From Octopus vulgaris (Eukaryota): DNA of 64,000 bases. Position 1 is the stretch's first letter, and every line of letters begins with the position of its first letter. Both the position numbers and the translations under genes were made by a program. Under the pieces are notes generated by a model. It saw only the letters and a list, made by a program, of their open reading frames with translations. It made no database searches and was not told where the DNA came from. This document shows positions 55,232 to 64,000 of the stretch, piece after piece. Location of the stretch: positions 32,426,001 to 32,490,000 of the forward strand of contig OX597828.1 in assembly GCA_951406725.2 (NCBI GenBank), given 5' to 3'.

Positions 55232-55450
55232 GCTGAGTAGCAGTCAGCCACTTTTACTTGGACTGCTAACAATTCTGCTAGCCCAGCACCTGTTCATGCT
55301 CTGCGTTCAAATTCCGCCGCTTTGCCGTCAGTTCTGCTTTTATCCTTTCGGGGTGGATAAAATAAGTACCAGTTGTGTGCTGGGCTGAATGTAATCGACT
55401 TACTCCTTTCCTCGAAATCGCTGACCTTGTGCCAAAATTTGAAACCATTA
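55228..55450 (+). mobile_element. SINE family 2
   Basis: gttcaaattccgccgc...tcctttcggggtggataaaataagtaccag. Confidence 0.75.
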
Positions 55451-55559
55451 CTGTTATTTTCACTGTCGTGGTGGTGGCTGTTGGTGTTGTTGTTGCTGTT
55501 TCGAGTGAGTCTATTGAGAGATTTCAAGAGGTTTGCTGCTAGAAAGAAAAGCAAAAAAA

Positions 55560-55810
55560 TTGCATTTAAAGTAATTGTCTTGATGAGGTAATGGAAGAAC
55601 GGAGCAGATTGAACGGCGTGAAAGCGTAGTACCGGAAGCACAAGTTCCACAGAGACGGACATGTCGAAAGCGAATACCTGTCGTTGCCGAGCGGTATTCA
55701 AGACATCAGAACGGGCCACTCAAAAAGCCTGCACGACGATGGGAAGCTGATTTAGTTAAAGGAATTGGTTAAAAGCCCAAGATGGAATTGAAAGTTGCCA
55801 TCAAGAAATA
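55560..55810 (+). mobile_element. Decayed RTE-clade LINE 3' fragment
   Basis: GHV...RPLKKPARRWEADL resembles the RTE WxGHVxR...RxxGRPxxRWxDD motif. Confidence 0.5.
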
Positions 55811-55945
55811 ATTAGAAGTACATTGAGATTAGTGGTGTATGCCAACATCCGATAGTCAGGACGAATCAGGGAGAAACTGCTGAGGCAAACTTGTACATTT
55901 TGAGAAAACAAGAAAATGTAATGTAAAGATTTTATTTCAATTTCT

Positions 55946-56350
55946 TATTTCTTTATTGGCCACAAGGGGCTAAATATAGAGGGGAAAAACAAGGACAGAC
56001 AAAGTGATAAAGTCGATCACATCGACCCCACTGTGTAACTGGTACTTATTTAATTGACCCCGAAAAGATGAAATGCAAAGTCGACCTCGGCGGAATTTGA
56101 ACTCAGAACTTAAAGACAGACGAAATGCATATTTCTTTACTACCCACAAGGGGCTAAATACAGAGTGTGCAAACAAGGACAGACAAACGGATTATGTCGG
56201 TTATATCGATCCCAGTGCGTAACTGGTACTTATTTAATCGACCCCGAAAGGATGAAAGGCAAAGTCGACCTCGGCGGAATTTGAACTCAGAACGTAGCGG
56301 CAGACGAAACACCACTAAGCATTTCGTGCTGCGTGCTAACATTTCTGCCG
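55946..56350 (-). mobile_element. Two head-to-tail reverse copies of SINE family 2
   Basis: Copies at 55946-56125 and 56132-56350, both containing aagtcgacctcggcggaatttgaactcagaac. Confidence 0.88.
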
Positions 56351-58306
56351 CTTATTTTTATTTCGTACATCTTCAGGAAGCTTAAATTGAACCTTCTTCA
56401 GATTTGCAGAGATGAAACAGTTATGACTGAATCGGCATCACAGGACCAACTCAAAATATGTTAAGTACCGTTTTTAGGTTATTTGTCCAAAATATATTAA
56501 ATTCGTAAGACTGTATTTACGTTACATCCGGCCAATGATTGCTGCTAGTGTGTACACACAGACAAACATTATTGTGTGTATGCGTGATTATCACATGGAG
56601 GTACGTGTACGCATGTTTATGTGTGCGTTGTCTGTTTAAATGTGCTTTAGCTTATGTGTATTTGAGCGTATAGTGGTGATGAACCGGTCGCTTATGTGCG
56701 TGCGAGTGATAGCTTGAGAAACAGATTGGAAGTGAGAGGCGAAACAGAAAGAGATTGCTAATGTGTTTGTGAACACACGTGACAGCGTGGTCTCATTGTA
56801 ATTGTATAACCAACTACATCTCAGACGAAAACAAAGATATAAATGTATTTCCTGTTAATCTATTTTTCAATTGATTTCGCTTTCTTCTGGGAATATCCTA
56901 TAAAGGTGAAAATGAAACTATATTCACAAATATTTGTATAGTTCGTAAGGAACAGACTTCTATATTTTTAGTCTAACATTACTACGATTTTATTCAACAT
57001 TGCTGAATACATTACAATTCATGAACAGAAATAATTCAAGTAAAAATATTATATTTCTAAAAATGGAGATATATTTGTATTAAATTATATAATTTTACAA
57101 AATTCTTGCGCTTAGCAATTCAACCATTTTGAATAAATGTTGAGAAAACATTCCTGTTTGTTTTTTATATGTGTGTGTGTGTATGTGTGTGTATGTGTGT
57201 GTGTAACAGTGTGCTATTTGCTTTTTAAATCTTTAAGATTTCTGTATTTTAAAAATTATCGATAGGAAGGGTACTCATATACTAGTAGTAGTGGTAGTTG
57301 TGGTGGTGTTGCTGGTGGTGGTGGTGTTGTTGTTGGTGGTGGTATTGGTGATGGTGGTGGAGGTGGGGCGGGTGTGGTGTTGTTATGAGCAGGATGAAGG
57401 AAATGTGAATATTTATATATTTATTTATACCTAATATGCATAACAATAAAAAGAAAATCATGGTTTAATCAAATAATTAATGCTGTTTATTTCATCGATT
57501 GATACCGGTTGCTTTTGTTCTTCTACAAACAACGAGGCAATTGCATTTTCGAAGAGAATCTTTTTAAAATTTCATGATGAATAATATTGTAAAGCTCAAA
57601 GATCACACAACTACTTTGTAGAATGTTGACTCCATTTATTGTAAACTTTGAAACGCATAAAGAAGGAACAAAGTGTCAATTTGGCCTTGAATACTGGGAT
57701 ATGTGGCTCTTCGGTCATCGTGCCCAGTCTAAGTAGGCATGAGAAGAATTTTCTTCAATGTATTCACTTTTAAATAAAGTATACTTCAACGTCCGTTAAC
57801 CCAGATGGGCTGCATTGTAACATCTCAAAACTACAAGGAAAAGAAAACTAAAACAAAATGAAATAAAGGAGTATAGCATTGCTAGTTTTGTAATTGGTAC
57901 GGATAGAGCTTGTATTATAAAAGTAGCAGGCTTGAGTGTTGCAACAACCGTTGGACGGAAATTCGATCAAAACACTTACCTTTCGTTTTACTGATTAGAT
58001 ATGTATGAAGGACAAATTTGTTCCCAGCAATGTAGAATAACGTGGAATAACAGATTCGTTAACACGCCAAACGAAACATATTCCACTATAGTTTTCAGCT
58101 TCTAAAATTCCGAGCACGACCTAGCTCTTCGTTTTTCTGAGGGCATCGGGTTGGCGGTATCTTCAGAGTATTAGATGGTATGTCTTGTAGTAGTTTTGCA
58201 ACATATTTTATCGAAAGTTCAATCAGCAGGAGTGAATGACTCACTCCGTCGCGCATTTCAACTCGGTGATACTTAGCTATATGTATCTAAGTTCATTTTA
58301 TTTCAG

Positions 58307-58448
58307 GATTACGGACCAGACCTTAAGGTTGAAGACACCGTCTTTACATTTGATCGCCATCCATCCCCGCCTCCAGACCCTGAAGCACTGGAAAGGGTCA
58401 TTGGCATGCTTTTCTCTTGATTAACCGAAAGCCACATTTGAAAACCTG
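58307..58448 (+). other. Candidate 142-nt spliced exon of an unidentified host transcript
   Basis: Strong acceptor ttcattttatttcag|G and donor CTG|gtaagt bracket a GC-richer unique segment. All three frames hit a stop. Confidence 0.35.
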
Positions 58449-58496
58449 GTAAGTTCAGATTATATTTTTCTCATCGATGCATAGCAACAAATACCT

Positions 58497-58726
58497 ATTT
58501 TTTTACTACCCACAAGGGGCTAAACACAGAGGGGACAAACAAGGACAGACAAACGGATCAAGTCGATTAGATCGACCCCATTGCGTAACTGGTACTTATT
58601 TAATCGACCCCGAAAGGATGAAAGGAAAAGTCGACCTCGGTGGAATTTGAACTCAGAACGTAGCGGCAGACGAAATACTGCTAAGCATTTCGCCCGGCGT
58701 CTTTAACGTTTCTGCCAGCTCGCCGC
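58497..58726 (-). mobile_element. SINE family 2, full-length reverse copy
   Basis: Head rc gcggcgagctggcagaaacgttaa..., B box gagttcaaattcc, same tail as 56132. Confidence 0.9.
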
Positions 58727-59237
58727 TCGCTATAGCAACAAATACCGTTTGAAGGTTACTGCTGAGACGAATAACCGAGATAAAATTGGATTTATTTAGC
58801 GTTCAGGTAAGGATTGAGAATCGTGCTTACCATACAGAAGCACATACATACATATATACATACATATATGCATCTATTTATCGTTGTCTGTATATATATA
58901 TTCTTTAAAGCAAAAATTAAAAACAAAGACAAATAATGATGTTCGTGCATCACACACACATACCTGTTGCCGATCCCTGCGCTGTCACCTCAAATCCTAC
59001 CAATCGTATACTTACTTTTAATCACTGCGGAGTATCAACAACACAGCAACTCATTGATGGCGAAACTTTAAATATTCTTTTTTATGTGGACTTTCCAATT
59101 TTCTGTAGTTTTGAAATATTCTCCAAATTTCGTTGTGTATTTTTCAAAAGACACAAAAAAATTGTTCCGCCAATGCAATGTTTGATAAAGTATCAGATTC
59201 ATGTCGATAAAGGCGTTTTTAACTTACACTATATAAA

Positions 59238-59285
59238 GATTTAAGACTTAAGATTTAAGATTTAAGATTTAAGAGATTTATAAGA
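59238..59285. repeat. 7-bp tandem repeat (GATTTAA)n
   Basis: gatttaagacttaagatttaagatttaagatttaagagattta. Confidence 0.85.
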
Positions 59286-59435
59286 CTGCTCCTTCATATT
59301 CTCCACTTTTAAGAATTCCTTCCAAAATTTTATCTCACATAATAGTTTCGTATTTTTTAAAATATGTATCGTGCGAATCATAAGCAGTCAAAATCATAGG
59401 AAATTAAGGTACACAAAATTTGGCAAGACGCAGTA

Positions 59436-59762
59436 AAAGACCCCCTTCGGTCATGAATGACCATGGGATTGCACCTAGAAAGTTACCCTCCTAGACACAA
59501 GTCCGGGCAAGGTTGTTTATGGAAGACCAGCAGTCGCCCATGCATACCGGCCTCCCCTCTCCACGCCACCAGTGTTATCCAAGGGAAAGACAAAGGCCAA
59601 TACAGCTTGGCACCTGTGACGTCGCAACTCATTTCTACAGTTGAGTGAACTGGAGCAACGTGAAATAAAGTGCCTTGCTCAAGAACACAACACGCAGCCC
59701 GGTCCGGGATTCGAGCTCACAACCTCACGATCGTAAGCTCGACGCTCTAACCACTGAGCCAT
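59436..59762 (-). mobile_element. tRNA-derived CORE-like SINE family 4
   Basis: Head tggctcagtggttagagcg...gagctcgaatccc, then CORE-like gtgttcttgagcaaggcacttt...ctgtagaaatgagt. Confidence 0.8.
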
Positions 59763-60018
59763 ATACTAAATAAAAACAGTGAAATATAGAAATGCTCACA
59801 GCAGGTTTTAATAACATTGCCTTGCGGCAACACTTTTCACTAATACAAACAAACCTTTATCTACGAACAATCGCTCAAAATTAATTCATGTTTCTTTTAT
59901 TCAGGGATGATTAATTATCGAACGAAACATTGCCCTAATCAGAAATATTGTATGCCTGTATATGCCACACACACACACACACACTCTTACATACACACGC
60001 ATATATGTACATACATAT

Positions 60019-60074
<56 letters not shown>

Positions 60075-61101
60075 ATACATATACGCACACAGAAACACAC
60101 ACATACATATACGCACACACATATATATATATACACAACATGTATTTACTGTAACTGAATGCCACATTCCTGATTAATTACGTTCTAAACAATTGATTTT
60201 CGGTGTTACATTGTTCAATCAAGGTCCAATGTACTTTCTATTTTTTTAAAAAAAGATGAGGATACGTTTCGGAGGCGTATGAAATCATAATGTTCGACTA
60301 ATCTATGTTCAAATAGCTTTTTCTGAGACTGAATTAGATTTTCTAATGATAACATGAGTAAAAAAAAAAATGAAAAGAAAAAATTAGAACATCACAAGGC
60401 TCCGAAATGTATATTGGTCTGTTGCCTTTGAACATTTATTATGTTGTCCTTTATTAATTGTGTACTGAAGTGCAAGTAAATATCTGTAAAGAAAAGGGAA
60501 CAAAAAAAGAGGAAAAACATAACAGGATTTGGACAAGAGATACATTCGGGGAAGGAAGAGAGGATATAATAGGGAAGGATGGTTAAGATAAACATGGCAT
60601 TTACATTTAAATAGCGAAATAAATACGAAATACATATTCAAACAATTTCCGAAACTCGCATGCGAAATTCCGGTACAATGCAGATATTTAGACGTAAACA
60701 GATTTCTATTCACGCATATATACACGGCCACACGTACACTCATACGTAGGTTTGTGTATGTATGAATATATACGTGTGTGTGTGTGTGAGAGTGAGTTTG
60801 TATATGTGTGTGTCTATGTGTGTAAGTGTGTATGCGTTTGTGAATGCATGTGCATTTGTGTATGCATGTATGCATCTATCAGAGAGAGAGAGAGAGAGGA
60901 GGGAGTGATGTGAGAGATTTTGTGCATGTCTTTATGTATAACGATATCGTTCAAGTTTTATAAAATCTCATTTACAATAGTTCACATACGACATCCTACA
61001 CACATTCTAACTCACACACAAACGTATATATTATATATGTGTCTGTGTGCGTCTGCCTGTCCACGCTTATATATATATGTTTGTGTGTATGTATGTGTGT
61101 T

Positions 61102-61133
<32 letters not shown>

Positions 61134-62739
61134 CATACATACATACATACATACGTACATACATGTTTGTGCGTACATGTGCAAGGATTGTCCGATTATT
61201 TGCGCTTTCCTGCGTATATACAAACACCTCTCTTTTTCTGTTTGGCAACGAAAGCTGATTTAATTATGGATGTAAGTGACCAACGTAGTTGGAGGATGAG
61301 AAGAACTAAAAGAAATAATCACTAATAAGATCTCAGAAGATATGATCGTGAAAATGTAACAAATATTTAAGAACGTTATCTACACTCCTACAAACACATT
61401 CGAGAAACTGATTGTTTTCTTGACGAGCATCCAGTGTTGTCAAGTAGTAACTGAAGAAACCTCGCCTATTTAAGCAGTTTTCTCAGCAGGTTGCTTACAG
61501 CAATGAGATAATTAACTGACATCAATAGAAGATTGAAAGCACGTCTTCCGTGGTGATATATTGAAAGTAAATTAAAAGTGGTAATTTGATATTAGGACAG
61601 GCTACATCCTGCTAGTAGATTTTCATCTTATGTAGTTAGTCACGTCGATCATAAATTTGCGTCACTTTACAAGACACTTCGACTTTTTGTCGTATAGAAA
61701 GCATGAACATACTCTAAAGTATCTCTACAGCCACAAATCTTATTTGAAGTTATATCATAGGTACAGAAGCAAATAAATTAATAAACAAAATTAAGAGAAA
61801 TTTTTCAAAAGTTTAGACAAGAATTCTGAAGATTTAAATGCAACCAGATCTTGTTTTCCAAATAGACACTAGTTGTATCCTCGGGAGTTCACATTTCTTT
61901 GATATTGTTTTTCGTTGTTGCCAGACCACATCTCTCTAGCACTAAATAATCTCTATAAAGTTGTAGCTTTCGTGCCATAAACTACTGTTCCGTTAACACA
62001 AAATACACAGATTAGTATCAACACGAAATTATTCGATGACTTTAGACAAACAATCTTCAGATGTAAAGTAATAAATATTTAAGTCAGTTTTGTTTTCTTG
62101 TCACACGGGTTTAGTGGTCAAATGCTGAGAAGTTTACCTCTCTGTTACGCAGATTTTTTTTTCTCAAGCAATGTTACGTTGTAATTTATTATAGTGTTTG
62201 TCTAATCATACACAGGCCCTATAGGGTGTTCCTGATTATCGTCGCAAATAGCATTGATAAATCTTTTGTGAATATGTTAGTATTATTAGGAAATATCCAC
62301 ATATACCAGACACGAATTCAACAGAAGTAATTTCTCAAACATCAAGAAACAAAAGAAACACATAGTAAACAACAGGCGTCTTCTTTTGATAACAACGATT
62401 CATTAAAATTCATAAATTTTTCTAGTTCATAATTTAAAAAAAAAATCTTTGAATTGTCCAAAATAATTGGCTGCCATAATCGCTACGAATTTCTCCTTTG
62501 TACAACTCAATATGTGATCTTTATACTTTGCTGGGAAATATAGTGTGTTGGAGATATATACAAGTGTTTTGATAAAATAATATACAATTAGTCAGTTGTA
62601 CTGAACCAAATCAATAAATTATATTATAAAAGGTTAGACGAGGTGTTAGAGATGGTAGCCGTATAATACACACATATCCAAATACTATTAAAGAAAGAAA
62701 ACGGTACGCTGGCGGATTAGGCTTTTATCATTTGATTTT

Positions 62740-62930
62740 AATTGCTGTAGTCATTTCAGTGCGGCCATACTGGAACAAAGTTTTGAAAAACTTTTAGTCG
62801 AAAGAATCGAGCCCAGCACTTCTTAAAGTCTGGTGCTTAATATGTCAGTCTCTTTTGCACAAAAGATTGTTGACGGAGACGTAAAAAAATCAACACCGGT
62901 TGCCGAGCGGTGAAGAGGGGAACAACACAG
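62740..62930 (-). mobile_element. SINE family 1, reverse 3' half
   Basis: gtcatttcagtgcggccatactggaac...caacaccggttgccgagcggtg. Confidence 0.7.
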
Positions 62931-62949
62931 GCAAATACACACACAAAAG

Positions 62950-63023
<74 letters not shown>

Positions 63024-64000
63024 CTATATATTTATATATATGTGTATAGGTATGTATGTATATATATATATATATGTGTGTATAAATATTTATTTATATA
63101 TATTTATATATATATATATATATATATATTATTTATAATTGCGTACCATTTCGCCGTTTTCTTCTTTTCGTCCTTGTTTTCGTATACATTCGCTTGCTTT
63201 CTTCCAAAGAATCTGGTGCTGCGGTTGCTGCTGTACGTTGTGTCTTAATACGGGAGTTGATATCTCACCAGGTGGTGAAACTGACTTTTAAGTGTTTCGA
63301 TCGCTTCTGCCGTCAATTCACAGCTACCTTCGATCCCCCACCGCTATAAACGACAAAGCACTCATAAAACACCAGATTTGTTGAGTCAAATGCTGCAATT
63401 TTGGGCCAGATGTTTGTATCGACCTCAGTGCCCATTCTTGCCGCCCCACTCGTGCTTGAGCCAGATGTAATGACTTACTTTCTAAGTGCCAAGTGATAAT
63501 TTTGTGACCCCTTCGTAATTAATCAAAGACTCTAAGTATTAAGTTAGCCCTTGGGTTCTGATAAACGTATGGGTTTATAAATTCTAGGAAATTATACTAA
63601 ATATAAGATGAAAAGTTGGTGTTACTTGTATGTTTTAAAGAGGAAATGTTAAAAATTATGTCTCTGTAAATGAACCTCTATGCCCCTTTTTGATGAAGAC
63701 CAACTGAAATCATTTCAAAAGCTTAAAAAACATTTAGATTCCCATTGGATGAAAATGGTCAACGGCCTTTTGAAACAGCGCGTGAAAAGATTTCTAGTGT
63801 GAGACGAATTACGAAATACTAGAATAAATGACAGAATGAAGTAAAAGAAACAAATTCATTTAAAAAGTATTGAAATGAAAGGAAAATAGTCAATGAATAT
63901 AATATTTAAAATATCATGTCTAAAATCGCCATCATGGCTACAGGAGTACTAAATAAAAATTTGAATCTTTGACGTATTGTGCAACATAAAATGGAATATG

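Noticed and set aside
55946-56350. Regularly repeated blocks resembling a CRISPR-like array
   Set aside because: These are two tandem SINE copies in eukaryotic DNA, with no repeat-spacer periodicity.
59690-59762. tRNA-like sequences (also at 22580-22654 and 48380-48447)
   Set aside because: These are SINE heads continuing into repeat bodies and lack a complete acceptor stem, so they are not tRNA genes.

Overview
AT-rich eukaryotic non-coding DNA, almost certainly animal. The dense (TA)n/(TAGA)n/(CATA)n/(AAT)n microsatellites and the SINE families look like an Octopus-type cephalopod genome; this is inferred from pattern recognition, not from a search. No intact host protein-coding gene is visible, and nearly all ORF-track entries are microsatellite or transposon artefacts. 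The window is a mosaic of four tRNA-derived SINE families, decayed Tc1/mariner DNA transposons, tandem Helitrons (one with a Pif1 helicase fragment), and decayed LINEs (R4/Dong-like RLE, RTE, L1/Tx1, CR1-group). The most striking signal is a cluster of minimal type I hammerhead ribozyme (HHR) motifs between about 18.9 and 47.5 kb. They come from at least 7 sequence-unrelated families, most have a different palindromic stem III, and they lie in inserts next to (TA)n tracts. Four of these inserts are fold-back (inverted-repeat) structures, one a near-perfect 258-bp hairpin that encodes the same ribozyme on both strands. This architecture matches pseudo-LTR relics or non-autonomous derivatives of Penelope-like elements. 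All coordinates were read by eye, and the ends of old elements are approximate.
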